Assembly (NCBI GenBank): GCA_964016885.1
Contig: OZ024742.1
Coordinates: forward strand, 348,688,001-348,752,000
Direction of reading: 5' to 3'
Length of the DNA: 64,000 nucleotides
Origin: Eledone cirrhosa
Taxonomy: Eukaryota
Shown in pieces: positions 11,308 to 25,700 of this stretch (the first letter of the stretch is position 1; each line of letters opens with the position of its first letter). A program made the position numbers and the translations under genes. The notes beneath the pieces are model-generated. The model was not told where the DNA came from. It was given only the letters and a program-made list of their open reading frames with translations, and did not search any database.

Positions 11308-14300
11308 TTCAGGTGTGGTTGGACAGTTAAAGTGGTCTACTCAGGTGTGGTTGGTTAGTTAAGGTGTTCTACTCAGGTGTAGTTGATCAGTTAAGGTGTT
11401 CTATTCAGGTGTAGTTGGACAGTTAAGGTGGTCTACTCAGGTGTAGTTGGACAGTTAAGGTGTTCTACTGATGTGTGGTTGGTTAGTTAAGGTGGTCTAC
11501 TCAGGCGTAGTTGAACAGTTAAGGTGTTCTACTCAGCTGTGGTTGGACAGTTAAGGTGTTCTACTGATGTGTGGTTGGTTAGTTAAGGTGTTCTACTCAG
11601 GTGTAGTTGGACATTTAAGGTGTTCTACTCAGGTGTGGTTGGACAGTTAAGGTGTTCTACTGATGTGTGTTTGGTTAGTTAAGGTGTTCTACTCAGGTGT
11701 GGTTGGACAGGTAAGGTGTTCTACTCAGGTGTAGTTGGACAGTTAAGGTGTTCTACTCAGGTGTGGTTGGACAGGTAAGGTGTTCTACTCAGGTGTAGAT
11801 GGACAGTTAAGTTGTTCTACTGATGTGTGGTTGGTTAGTTAAGGTGTTCTACTCAGGTGTAGGTGGACATTTAAGGAGTTCTACTCAGGTGTAATTGGAC
11901 AGTTAAGGTGTTCTCCTCAGGTGTGATTGGACAGTTAAGGTGTTCTACTGATGTGTGGTTGGTTAGTTAAGGTGTTCTATTCAGGTGTAGTTGGACAGTT
12001 AAGGTGTTCTACTCAGGTGTAGTTGGACAGTTAAGGTGTTCTACTCAGGTGTAGTTGGACAGTTAAGGTGTTCTACTCAGGTGTGATTGGACAGTTAAGG
12101 TGTTCTACTGATGTGTGGTTGGTTAGTTAATGTGTTCTACTCAGGTGTAGTTGGACAGTTAAGATGTTCTACTGATGTGTGGTTGAACAGTTAAGGTGTT
12201 CTAATCAGGTGTGGTTGGACAGTTAAGGTGTTCTACTCATGTGTAGTTGAACAGTTAAGGTGTTCTATTCAGGTGTAGTTGAACATTTAAGGTGTTCTAT
12301 TCAGGTGTGGTTGGTTAGTTAAGGTGGTCTACTCAGGTGTAGATGGACAGTTAAGTTGTTCTACTCAGGTGTGGTTGGTTAGTTAAGGTGGTCTACTCAC
12401 GTGTAGATGGACAGTTAATGTGTTCTACTCAGGTGTGATTGGTTAGTTAAGGTGGTCTACTCAGGTGTAGATGGACAGTTAAGGTGTTCTACTCAGGTGT
12501 GGTTCGACAGTTAAGGTGTTCTACTCAGGTGTAGGTGAACAGTTAAGGTATTCTATTCAGGTGTATTTGGACAGTTAAGTTGTTCTACTCAGGTGTAGTT
12601 GGACAGTTAAGGTGTTCTACTCAGGTGTGGTTGGACAGTTAAGATGTTGCACTCAGGTGTGGTTGAACAGTTAAGGTGTTCTACTGAGGTGTAGTTGGAC
12701 AGTTAAGGTGTTCTCTTCAGGTGTTGTTGAACAGTTTATGTGTTCTACTGATGTGTGGTTGGACAGTTAATGTGTCCTACTCAGGTGTAGTTGAACAGTT
12801 AAGGTGTTCTACTCAGGTGTGGTTGGACAGTTAAGGTGTTCTATTCAGGTGTGGTTGAACAGTTAAGGTGTTCTACTTATGTGTGGTTGGACAGTTAAGG
12901 TGTCCTACGCAGATGTTGAACAGTTAAGGTGTTCTACTCAGGTGTTGTTGAACAGTTAAAGTGTTCTACTCAGTTGTAGTTGGACAGTTAAGGTGTTCTA
13001 CTCAGGTGTAGTTGGACAGTTAAGGTGTTCTACTGGTGTGTGGTTGGTTAGTTAAGGTGTTCTACTCAGGTGTAGTTGGACATTTAAGGTGTTCTATTCA
13101 GGTGTAGTTGGAAAGTTAAGGTGTTCTACTCAGGTGTGGTTGAACAGTTAAGGTGTTCTACTCAGGTGTAGTTGAACAGTTAAGGTGTTCTACTCAGGTG
13201 TGGTTGGACAGTTAAGGTGTTCTACTCAGGTGTGGTTGAACAGTTAAGATATTCTACTCAGGTATAGTTGGACAGTTAAGGTGTTCTATTCAGGTGTGGT
13301 TGAACAGTTACGGTGTTCTACTCAGGTGTGGTTGGACAGTTAAGGTGTTCTACTCAGGTGTAGTTGAACAGTTAAGGTGTTCTATTCAGGTGTAGTTGGA
13401 CAGTTAAGGTGTTCTACTCAGGTGTGGTTGAACAGTTAAGGTGTTCTACTTAGGTGTAGTTGGACAGTTAAGGTGTTCTACTCAGGTGTAGTTGGACGGT
13501 TAAGGTGTTCTATTCAGGTGTGGTTGAACAGTTAAGGTGTTCTACTGATGCGTGGTTGGACAGTTAAGGTGTTCTACTCAGGTATAGTTGAACAGTTAAG
13601 GTGTTCTACTCAGGTGTATTTGGACAGTTAAGATGTTCTATTCAGGTGTGGTTGAACAGTTAAGGTGTTCTACTGATGTGTGGTTGGACAGTTAAGGTGT
13701 TCTACTCAGGTGTAGTTTGACAGTTAAGGTATTCTACTCAGGTGTGGTTGGACAGTTAAGGTGTTCTACTGATATGTGGTTGGACAGTTAAGGTGTTCTA
13801 CTGATATGTGGTTGGTTAGTTAAGGTGTTCTACTCAGGTGAAGTTGAACAGTTAAGGTGTTCTATTCAGGTGTAGTTGGACAGTTAAGGTGTTCTACTCA
13901 GGTGTGGTTGAACAGTTAAGGTGTTCTACTCAGGTGTAGTTGGACAGTTAAGTTGTTCTACTCAGGTGTAGTTGGACAGTTAAGTTGTTCTACTCAGGTG
14001 TGGTTGGACAGTTAAGGTGTTCTACTGATATTTGGTTGGTTAGTTAAGGTGTTCTACTCAGGTGTAGTTGGACAGTTAAGGTGTTCTACTCAGGTGTAGT
14101 TGGACAGTTAAGGTGTTCTATTCAGGTGTGGTTGAACAGTTAAGATGTTCTATTCAGGTGTGGTTGGACAGTTAAAGTGGTCTACTCAGCTGTGGTTGGT
14201 TAGTTAAGGTGTTCTACTCAGGTGTAGTTGATCAGTTAAGGTGTTCTATTCAGGTGTAGTTGGACAGTTAAGGTGGTCTACTCAGGTGTAGTTGGACAGT

Positions 14301-14849
14301 TAAGGTGTTCTACTGATGTGTGGTTGGTTAGTTAAGGTATTCTACTCAGGTGTAGTTGGACAGTTAAGGTATTCTACTCAGGTGTGGTTGGACAGTTAAG
14401 GTGTTCTACTCAGGTGTGGTTGGACAGTTAAGGTGTTCTACTGATGTGTGTTTGGTTAGTTAAGGGGTTCTACTCAGGTGTGGTTGAAGAGTTGAGTTGT
14501 TCTACTCAGGTCTGGCTGGACAGCTAAGGTGTTCTACTCAGGTGTGGTTGGACAGTTAAGGTGTTCTACTGATGTGTGGTTGGATAGTTAAGGTGTTCTA
14601 CTCAACTGTAGTTGGACATTTAAGGTGTTCTACTCAGGTGTAGGTGAACAATTAAGGTGTTCTACTCAGGTGTGGTTGGACAGTTAAGATGTTGCACTCA
14701 GGTGTGGTTGAACAGTTAAGGTGTTCTACTGAGGTGTAGTTGGACAGTTAAGGTGTTCTATTCAGGTGTTGTTGAACAGTTAAGGTGTTCTACTTAGGTG
14801 TGGTTGGACAGTTAAGGTGTTCTATTCAGGTGTGGTTGAACAGTTAAGG

Positions 14850-17800
14850 TGTTCTACTGATGTGTGGTTGGACAGTTAAGGTGTCCTACTCAGATGTAGT
14901 TGAACAGTTAAGGTGTTCTATTCAGGTGTGGTTGAACAGTTAAAGTGTTCTACTCAGGTGTAGTTGGACAGTTAAGGTGTTCTACTCAGGTGTAGTTGGA
15001 CAGTTAAGGTGTTCTACTGGTGTGTGGTTGGTTAGTTAAGGTGTTCTACTCAGGTGTAGTTGGACATTTAAGGTGTTCTATTCAGGTGTAGTTGGACAGT
15101 TAAGGTGTTCTACTCAGGTGTGGTTGAACAGTTAAGGTGTTCTACTCAGGTGTAGTTGTACAGTTAAGGTGTTCTACTCAGGTGTGGTTGGACAGTTAAG
15201 GTGTTCTACTCAGGTGTGGTTGAACAGTTAAGGTTCTACTCAGGTGTAGTTGGACATTTAAGGTGTTCTATTCAGGTGTGGTTGAACAGTTAAGGTGTTC
15301 TACTCAGGTGTGGTTGGACAGTTAAGGTGTTCTACTCAGGTGTAGTTGAACAGTTAAGGTGTTCTATTCAGGTGTAGTTGGACAGTTAAGGTGTTCTACT
15401 CAGGTGTGGTTGAACAGTTAATGTGTTCTACTCAGGTGTAGTTGGACAGTTAAGGTGTTCTACTCAGGTGTAGTTGGACAGTAAAGGTGTTCTATTCAGG
15501 TGTGGTTGAACAGTTAAGGTGTTCTACTGATGCGTGGTTGGACAGTTAAGGTGTTCTACTCAGGTGTAGTTGAACAGTTAAGGTGTTCTACTCAGGTGTA
15601 GTTGGACAGTTAAGGTGTTCTATTCAGGTGTGGTTGAACAGTTAAGGTGTTCTACTGATGTGTGGATGGACAGTTAAGGTGTTCTACTCAGGTGTAGTTT
15701 GACAGTTAAGATATTCTACTCAGGTGTGGTTGGACAGTTAAGGTGTTCTACTGATATGTGGTTGGACAGTTAAGGTGTTCTACTGATATGTGGTTGGTTA
15801 GTTAAGGTGTTCTACTCAGGTGAAGTTGAACAGTTAAGGTGTTCTATTCAGGTGAAGTTGAACAGTTAAGGTGTTCTATTCAGGTGTAGATGGACAGTTA
15901 AGGTGTTCTACTCAGGTGTAGTTGGACAGTTAAGGTGTTCTACTCAGGTGTGGTTGAACAGTTAAGGTGTTCTACTCAGGTGTGGTTGGACAGCTAAGGT
16001 GTTCTACTCAGGTTTAGTTGGACAGTTAAGGTGTTCTACTCAGGTGTGCTTGGACAGGGAAGGTGTTCTACTCAGGTGTAGATGGACAGTTAAGGTGTTC
16101 TACTGATGTGTGGTTGGTTAGTTAAGGTGTTCTACTCAGGTGTAGGTGGACATTTAAGGAGTTCTACTCAGGTGTAATGGGACAGTTAAGGTGTTCTCCT
16201 CAGGTGTGATTGGACAGTTAAGGTGTTCTACTGATGTGTGGTTGGTTAGTTAAGGTGTTCTATTCAGGTGTAGTTGGACAGGTAAGGTGTTCTACTCAGG
16301 TGTAGTTGGACAGTTAAGGTGTTCTACTCAGGTGTAGTTGGAGAGTTAAGGTGTTCTACTCAGGTGTGATTGGACAGTTAAAGTGTTCTACTGATGTGTG
16401 TTTGGTTAGTTAAGGTGTTCTACTCAGGTGTAGTTGGACATTTAAGGTGTTCTATTCAGGTGTAGTTAGACAGTTAAGGTGTTCTACTGATGTGTGGTTG
16501 AACAGTTAAGGTGCTCTAATCAGGTGTGGTTGGACAGTTAAGATGTTCTACTCATGCGTAGTTGAAGAGTTAAGGTGTTCTATTCAGGTGTAGTTGAACA
16601 GTTAAGGTGTTTTTTTCAGGTGTGGTTGGTTAGTTAAGGTGGTCTACTCAGGTGTAGATGGACAGTTAAGGTGTTCTACTCAGGTGTGATTGGTTAGTTA
16701 AGGTGGTCTACTCAGGTGTAGATGGACAGTTAAGGTGTTCTACTCAGGCGTAGTTGGACAGTTAAGTTGTTCTACTCAGGTGTGGTTGGACAGTTAAGGT
16801 GTTCTACTCAGGTGTGTTTGGACAGTTAAGGTGTTCTACTGATGTGTGGTTGGTTAGTTAAGGTGTTCTATTCAGGTGTAGTTGGACAGTTAAGGTGTTC
16901 TACTCAGGTGTAGTTAGACAGTTAAGGTGTTCTACTCAGGTGTAGTTGAACAGTTAAGGTGTTCTATTCAGGTGTGGTTGGTTATTTAAGGTGGTCTACT
17001 CAGGTGTAGATGGACAGTTAAGGTGTTCTACTCAGGTGTAGATGGACAGTTAAGTTGTTCTACTCAGGTGTAGTTGGACAGTTAAGGTGTTCTACTCAGG
17101 TGTGATTGGACAGTGAAGGTGTTCTACTCAGGTGTAGTTGAACAGTTAAGGTGTTCTACTCAGGTGTAGTTGGACATTTAAGGTGTTCTATTCAGGTGTG
17201 GTTGAACAGTTAAGGTGTTCTACTCAGGTGTGGTTGGACAGTTAAGGTGTTCTACTGATATGTGGTTGGTTAGTTAAGGTGTTCTACTCAGGTGTGGTTG
17301 GACAGTTAAGGTGTTCTACTGATATGTGGTTGGTTAGTTAAGGTGTTCTACTCAGGTGTGGTTGGACAGTTAAGGTGTTCTACTGATGTGTGGTTGGTTA
17401 GTTAAGGTATTCTACTCAAGTGTAGTTGAACAGTTAAGGTGTTCTACTCAGGTGTAGTTGGACAGTTAAGGTGTTCTACTCAGGTGTAGTTGGACATTTA
17501 AGGTGTTCTATTCAGGTGTGGTTGAACAGTTAAGGTGTTCTACTGATGTGTGGTTGGACAGTTAAGGTGTCCTACTCAGATGTAGTTGAACAGTTAAGGT
17601 GTTCTATTCAGGTGTGGTTGAACAGTTAAAGTGTTCTACTCAGGTGTAGTTGGACAGTTAAGGTGTTCTACTCAGGTGTAGTTGGACAGTTAAGGTGTTC
17701 TACTGGTGTGTGGTTGGTTAGTTAAGGTGTTCTACTCAGGTGTAGTTGGACATTTAAGGTGTTCTATTCAGGTGTAGTTGGACAGTTAAGGTGTTCTACT

Positions 17801-20800
17801 CAGGTGTGGTTGAACAGTTAAGGTGTTCTACTCAGGTGTAGTTGTACAGTTAAGGTGTTCTACTCAGGTGTGGTTGGACAGTTAAGGTGTTCTACTCAGG
17901 TGTGGTTGAACAGTTAAGGTTCTACTCAGGTGTAGTTGGACATTTAAGGTGTTCTATTCAGGTGTGGTTGAACAGTTAAGGTGTTCTACTCAGGTGTGGT
18001 TGGACAGTTAAGGTGTTCTACTCAGGTGTAGTTGAACAGTTAAGGTGTTCTATTCAGGTGTAGTTGGACAGTTAAGGTGTTCTACTCAGGTGTGGTTGAA
18101 CAGTTAATGTGTTCTACTCAGGTGTAGTTGGACAGTTAAGGTGTTCTACTCAGGTGTAGTTGGACAGTAAAGGTGTTCTATTCAGGTGTGGTTGAACAGT
18201 TAAGGTGTTCTACTGATGCGTGGTTGGACAGTTAAGGTGTTCTACTCAGGTGTAGTTGAACAGTTAAGGTGTTCTACTCAGGTGTAGTTGGACAGTTAAG
18301 GTGTTCTATTCAGGTGTGGTTGAACAGTTAAGGTGTTCTACTGATGTGTGGATGGACAGTTAAGGTGTTCTACTCAGGTGTAGTTTGACAGTTAAGATAT
18401 TCTACTCAGGTGTGGTTGGACAGTTAAGGTGTTCTACTGATATGTGGTTGGACAGTTAAGGTGTTCTACTGATATGTGGTTGGTTAGTTAATGTGTTCTA
18501 CTCAGGTGAAGTTGAACAGTTAAGGTGTTCTATTCAGGTGAAGTTGAACAGTTAAGGTGTTCTATTCAGGTGTAGATGGACAGTTAAGGTGTTCTACTCA
18601 GGTGTAGTTGGACAGTTAAGGTGTTCTACTCAGGTGTGGTTGAACAGTTAAGGTGTTCTACTCAGGTGTGGTTGGACAGCTAAGGTGTTCTACTCAGGTT
18701 TAGTTGGACAGTTAAGGTGTTCTACTCAGGTGTGCTTGGACAGGGAAGGTGTTCTACTCAGGTGTAGATGGACAGTTAAGGTGTTCTACTGATGTGTGGT
18801 TGGTTAGTTAAGGTGTTCTACTCAGGTGTAGGTGGACATTTAAGGAGTTCTACTCAGGTGTAATGGGACAGTTAAGGTGTTCTCCTCAGGTGTGATTGGA
18901 CAGTTAAGGTGTTCTACTGATGTGTGGTTGGTTAGTTAAGGTGTTCTATTCAGGTGTAGTTGGACAGGTAAGGTGTTCTACTCAGGTGTAGTTGGACAGT
19001 TAAGGTGTTCTACTCAGGTGTAGTTGGAGAGTTAAGGTGTTCTACTCAGGTGTGATTGGACAGTTAAAGTGTTCTACTGATGTGTGTTTGGTTAGTTAAG
19101 GTGTTCTACTCAGGTGTAGTTGAACAGTTAAGGTGTTCTATTCAGGTGTAGTTGGACAGTTAAGGTGTTCTACTCAGGTGTAGTTGGACAGTTAAGGTGT
19201 TCTACTCAGGTGTAGTTGAACAGTTAAGGTGTTCTATTCAGGTGTGGTTGGTTATTTAAGGTGGTCTACTCAGGTGTAGATGGACAGTTAAGGTGTTCTA
19301 CTCAGGTGTAGATGGACAGTTAAGTTGTTCTACTCAGGTGTAGTTGGACAGTTAAGGTGTTCTACTCAGGTGTGATTGGACAGTGAAGGTGTTCTACTCA
19401 GGTGTAGTTGAACAGGTAAGGTGTTCTACTCAGGTGTAGTTGGACATTTAAGGTGTTCTATTCAGGTGTGGTTGAACAGTTAAGGTGTTCTACTCAGGTG
19501 TGGTTGGACAGATAAGGTGTTCTACTGATATGTGGTTGGTTAGTTAAGGTGTTCTACTCAGGTGTGGTTGGACAGTTAAGGTGTTCTACTGATATGTGGT
19601 TGGTTAGTTAAGGTGTTCTACTCAGGTGTGGTTGGACAGTTAAGGTGTTCTACTGATGTGTGGTTGGTTAGTTAAGGTATTCTACTCAAGTGTAGTTGAA
19701 CAGGTAAGGTGTTCTACTCAGGTGTAGTTGGACATTTAAGGTGTTCTATTCAGGTGTAGTTGGACAGTTAAGGTGTTCTACTCAGGTGTGGTTGAACAGT
19801 TAAGGTGTTCTACTCAGGTGTAGTTGTACAGTTAAGGTGTTCTACTCAGGTGTGGTTGGACAGTTAAGGTGTTCTACTCAGGTGTGGTTGAACAGTTAAG
19901 GTTCTACTCAGGTGTAGTTGGACATTTAAGGTGTTCTATTCAGGTGTGGTTGAACAGTTAAGGTGTTCTACTCAGGTGTGGTTGGACAGTTAAGGTGTTC
20001 TACTCAGGTGTAGTTGAACAGTTAAGGTGTTCTATTCAGGTGTAGTTGGACAGTTAAGGTGTTCTACTCAGGTGTGGTTGAACAGTTAATGTGTTCTACT
20101 CAGGTGTAGTTGGACAGTTAAGGTGTTCTACTCAGGTGTAGTTGGACAGTAAAGGTGTTCTATTCAGGTGTGGTTGAACAGTTAAGGTGTTCTACTGATG
20201 CGTGGTTGGACAGTTAAGGTGTTCTACTCAGGTGTAGTTGAACAGTTAAGGTGTTCTACTCAGGTGTAGTTGGACAGTTAAGGTGTTCTATTCAGGTGTG
20301 GTTGAACAGTTAAGGTGTTCTACTGATGTGTGGATGGACAGTTAAGGTGTTCTACTCAGGTGTAGTTTGACAGTTAAGATATTCTACTCAGGTGTGGTTG
20401 GACAGTTAAGGTGTTCTACTGATATGTGGTTGGACAGTTAAGGTGTTCTACTGATATGTGGTTGGTTAGTTAAGGTGTTCTACTCAGGTGAAGTTGAACA
20501 GTTAAGGTGTTCTATTCAGGTGAAGTTGAACAGTTAAGGTGTTCTATTCAGGTGTAGATGGACAGTTAAGGTGTTCTACTCAGGTGTAGTTGGACAGTTA
20601 AGGTGTTCTACTCAGGTGTGGTTGAACAGTTAAGGTGTTCTACTCAGGTGTGGTTGGACAGCTAAGGTGTTCTACTCAGGTTTAGTTGGACAGTTAAGGT
20701 GTTCTACTCAGGTGTGCTTGGACAGGGAAGGTGTTCTACTCAGGTGTAGATGGACAGTTAAGGTGTTCTACTGATGTGTGGTTGGTTAGTTAAGGTGTTC

Positions 20801-23800
20801 TACTCAGGTGTAGGTGGACATTTAAGGAGTTCTACTCAGGTGTAATGGGACAGTTAAGGTGTTCTCCTCAGGTGTGATTGGACAGTTAAGGTGTTCTACT
20901 GATGTGTGGTTGGTTAGTTAAGGTGTTCTATTCAGGTGTAGTTGGACAGGTAAGGTGTTCTACTCAGGTGTAGTTGGACAGTTAAGGTGTTCTACTCAGG
21001 TGTAGTTGGAGAGTTAAGGTGTTCTACTCAGGTGTGATTGGACAGTTAAAGTGTTCTACTGATGTGTGTTTGGTTAGTTAAGGTGTTCTACTCAGGTGTA
21101 GTTGGACATTTAAGGTGTTCTATTCAGGTGTAGTTAGACAGTTAAGGTGTTCTACTGATGTGTGGTTGAACAGTTAAGGTGCTCTAATCAGGTGTGGTTG
21201 GACAGTTAAGATGTTCTACTCATGCGTAGTTGAAGAGTTAAGGTGTTCTATTCAGGTGTAGTTGAACAGTTAAGGTGTTTTTTTCAGGTGTGGTTGGTTA
21301 GTTAAGGTGGTCTACTCAGGTGTAGATGGACAGTTAAGGTGTTCTACTCAGGTGTGATTGGTTAGTTAAGGTGGTCTACTCAGGTGTAGATGGACAGTTA
21401 AGGTGTTCTACTCAGGCGTAGTTGGACAGTTAAGTTGTTCTACTCAGGTGTGGTTGGACAGTTAAGGTGTTCTACTCAGGTGTGTTTGGACAGTTAAGGT
21501 GTTCTACTGATGTGTGGTTGGTTAGTTAAGGTGTTCTATTCAGGTGTAGTTGGACAGTTAAGGTGTTCTACTCAGGTGTAGTTAGACAGTTAAGGTGTTC
21601 TACTCAGGTGTAGTTGAACAGTTAAGGTGTTCTATTCAGGTGTGGTTGGTTATTTAAGGTGGTCTACTCAGGTGTAGATGGACAGTTAAGGTGTTCTACT
21701 CAGGTGTAGATGGACAGTTAAGGTGTTCTACTCAGGCGTAGTTGGACAGTTAAGATATTCTACTCAGGTGTGGTTGGACAGTTAAGGTGTTCTACTGATA
21801 TGTGGTTGGACAGTTAAGGTGTTCTACTGATATGTGGTTGGTTAGTTAATGTGTTCTACTCAGGTGAAGTTGAACAGTTAAGGTGTTCTATTCAGGTGAA
21901 GTTGAACAGTTAAGGTGTTCTATTCAGGTGTAGATGGACAGTTAAGGTGTTCTACTCAGGTGTAGTTGGACAGTTAAGGTGTTCTACTCAGGTGTGGTTG
22001 AACAGTTAAGGTGTTCTACTCAGGTGTGGTTGGACAGCTAAGGTGTTCTACTCAGGTTTAGTTGGACAGTTAAGGTGTTCTACTCAGGTGTGCTTGGACA
22101 GGGAAGGTGTTCTACTCAGGTGTAGATGGACAGTTAAGGTGTTCTACTGATGTGTGGTTGGTTAGTTAAGGTGTTCTATTCAGGTGTAGTTGGACAGGTA
22201 AGGTGTTCTACTCAGGTGTAGTTGGACAGTTAAGGTGTTCTACTCAGGTGTAGTTGGAGAGTTAAGGTGTTCTACTCAGGTGTGATTGGACAGTTAAAGT
22301 GTTCTACTGATGTGTGTTTGGTTAGTTAAGGTGTTCTACTCAGGTGTAGTTGAACAGTTAAGGTGTTCTATTCAGGTGTAGTTGGACAGTTAAGGTGTTC
22401 TACTCAGGTGTAGTTGGACAGTTAAGGTGTTCTACTCAGGTGTAGTTGAACAGTTAAGGTGTTCTATTCAGGTGTGGTTGGTTATTTAAGGTGGTCTACT
22501 CAGGTGTAGATGGACAGTTAAGGTGTTCTACTCAGGTGTAGATGGACAGTTAAGTTGTTCTACTCAGGTGTAGTTGGACAGTTAAGGTGTTCTACTCAGG
22601 TGTGATTGGACAGTGAAGGTGTTCTACTCAGGTGTAGTTGAACAGGTAAGGTGTTCTACTCAGGTGTAGTTGGACATTTAAGGTGTTCTATTCAGGTGTG
22701 GTTGAACAGTTAAGGTGTTCTACTCAGGTGTGGTTGGACAGATAAGGTGTTCTACTGATATGTGGTTGGTTAGTTAAGGTGTTCTACTCAGGTGTGGTTG
22801 GACAGTTAAGGTGTTCTACTGATATGTGGTTGGTTAGTTAAGGTGTTCTACTCAGGTGTGGTTGGACAGTTAAGGTGTTCTACTGATGTGTGGTTGGTTA
22901 GTTAAGGTATTCTACTCAAGTGTAGTTGAACAGGTAAGGTGTTCTACTCAGGTGTAGTTGGACAGTTAAGGTGTTCTACTCAGGTGTAGTTGGACATTTA
23001 AGGTGTTCTATTCAGGTGTGGTTGAACAGTTAAGGTGTTCTACTGATGTGTGGTTGGACAGTTAAGGTGTCCTACTCAGATGTAGTTGAACAGTTAAGGT
23101 GTTCTATTCAGGTGTGGTTGAACAGTTAAAGTGTTCTACTCAGGTGTAGTTGGACAGTTAAGGTGTTCTACTCAGGTGTAGTTGGACAGTTAAGGTGTTC
23201 TACTGGTGTGTGGTGGGTTAGTTAAGGTGTTCTACTCAGGTGTAGTTGGACATTTAAGGTGTTCTATTCAGGTGTAGTTGGACAGTTAAGGTGTTCTACT
23301 CAGGTGTGGTTGAACAGTTAAGGTGTTCTACTCAGGTGTAGTTGTACAGTTAAGGTGTTCTACTCAGGTGTGGTTGGACAGTTAAGGTGTTCTACTCAGG
23401 TGTGGTTGAACAGTTAAGGTTCTACTCAGGTGTAGTTGGACATTTAAGGTGTTCTATTCAGGTGTGGTTGAACAGTTAAGGTGTTCTACTCAGGTGTGGT
23501 TGGACAGTTAAGGTGTTCTACTCAGGTGTAGTTGAACAGTTAAGGTGTTCTATTCAGGTGTAGTTGGACAGTTAAGGTGTTCTACTCAGGTGTGGTTGAA
23601 CAGTTAATGTGTTCTACTCAGGTGTAGTTGGACAGTTAAGGTGTTCTACTCAGGTGTAGTTGGACAGTAAAGGTGTTCTATTCAGGTGTGGTTGAACAGT
23701 TAAGGTGTTCTACTGATGCGTGGTTGGACAGTTAAGGTGTTCTACTCAGGTGTAGTTGAACAGTTAAGGTGTTCTTCTCAGGTGTAGTTGGACAGTTAAG

Positions 23801-25700
23801 GTGTTCTATTCAGGTGTGGTTGAACAGTTAAGGTGTTCTACTGATGTGTGGATGGACAGTTAAGGTGTTCTACTCAGGTGTAGTTTGACAGTTAAGATAT
23901 TCTACTCAGGTGTGGTTGGACAGTTAAGGTGTTCTACTGATATGTGGTTGGACAGTTAAGGTGTTCTACTGATATGTGGTTGGTTAGTTAAGGTGTTCTA
24001 CTCAGGTGAAGTTGAACAGTTAAGGTGTTCTATTCAGGTGAAGTTGAACAGTTAAGGTGTTCTATTCAGGTGTAGATGGACAGTTAAGGTGTTCTACTCA
24101 GGTGTAGTTGGACAGTTAAGGTGTTCTACTCAGGTGTGGTTGAACAGTTAAGGTATTCTACTCAGGTTGTGGTTGGACAGCTAAGGTGTTCTACTCAGGT
24201 TTAGTTGGACAGTTAAGGTGTTCTACTCAGGTGTGCTTGGACAGGGAAGGTGTTCTACTCAGGTGTAGATGGACAGTTAAGGTGTTCTACTGATGTGTGG
24301 TTGGTTAGTTAAGGTGTTCTACTCAGGTGTAGGTGGACATTTAAGGAGTTCTACTCAGGTGTAATGGGACAGTTAAGGTGTTCTCCTCAGGTGTGATTGG
24401 ACAGTTAAGGTGTTCTACTGATGTGTGGTTGGTTAGTTAAGGTGTTCTATTCAGGTGTAGTTGGACAGGTAAGGTGTTCTACTCAGGTGTAGTTGGACAG
24501 TTAAGGTGTTCTACTCAGGTGTAGTTGGAGAGTTAAGGTGTTCTACTCAGGTGTGATTGGACAGTTAAAGTGTTCTACTGATGTGTGTTTGGTTAGTTAA
24601 GGTGTTCTATTCAGGTGTAGTTAGACAGTTAAGGTGTTCTACTGATGTGTGGTTGAACAGTTAAGGTGCTCTAATCAGGTGTGGTTGGACAGTTAAGATG
24701 TTCTACTCATGCGTAGTTGAAGAGTTAAGGTGTTCTATTCAGGTGTAGTTGAACAGTTAAGGTGTTTTTTTCAGGTGTGGTTGGTTAGTTAAGGTGGTCT
24801 ACTCAGGTGTAGATGGACAGTTAAGGTGTTCTACTCAGGTGTGATTGGTTAGTTAAGGTGGTCTACTCAGGTGTAGATGGACAGTTAAGGTGTTCTACTC
24901 AGGCGTAGTTGGACAGTTAAGTTGTTCTACTCAGGTGTGGTTGGACAGTTAAGGTGTTCTACTCAGGTGTGTTTGGACAGTTAAGGTGTTCTACTGATGT
25001 GTGGTTGGTTAGTTAAGGTGTTCTACTCAGGTGTAGTTGAACAGTTAAGGTGTTCTATTCAGGTGTAGTTGGACAGTTAAGATGTTCTACTCAGGTGTAG
25101 TTGGACAGTTAAGGTGTTCTACTCAGGTGTAGTTGAACAGTTAAGGTGTTCTATTCAGGTGTGGTTGGTTATTTAAGGTGGTCTACTCAGGTGTAGATGG
25201 ACAGTTAAGGTGTTCTACTCAGGTGTAGATGGAGAGTTAAGTTGTTCTACTCAGGTGTAGTTGGACAGTTAAGGTGTTCTACTCAGGTGTGATTGGACAG
25301 TGAAGGTGTTCTACTCAGGTGTAGTTGAACAGTTAAGGTGTTCTACTCAGGTGTAGTTGGACATTTAAGGTGTTCTATTCAGGTGTGGTTGAACAGTTAA
25401 GGTGTTCTACTCAGGTGTGGTTGGACAGTTAAGGTGTTCTACTGATATGTGGTTGGTTAGTTAAGGTGTTCTACTCAGGTGTGGTTGGACAGTTAAGGTG
25501 TTCTACTGATATGTGGTTGGTTAGTTAAGGTGTTCTACTCAGGTGTGGTTGGACAGTTAAGGTGTTCTACTGATGTGTGGTTGGTTAGTTAAGGTATTCT
25601 ACTCAAGTGTAGTTGAACAGTTAAGGTGTTCTACTCAGGTGTAGTTGGACAGTTAAGGTGTTCTACTCAGCTGTAGTTGGACATTTAAGGTGTTCTATTC
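14850..25700 (+). repeat. Mosaic of four related blocks with variable period (84, 62 and 110 monomers)
   Basis: The 2-bp deletion aaggttctact occurs at 15231, 17917, 19899 and 23417, with spacings 2686, 1982 and 3518 (84, 62 and 110 x 32, minus 2). Each is accompanied by the same markers: ttgtacag, gtaaagg, gtggatgg, gtgaag twice, gtgcttggacaggg. Boundaries are approximate. Confidence 0.88.

Noticed and set aside
24161-24172. Unique +1 T insertion (caggttgtgg)
   Set aside because: It is a singleton absent from homologous blocks. It could be a private mutation or a consensus error, and is not informative alone.
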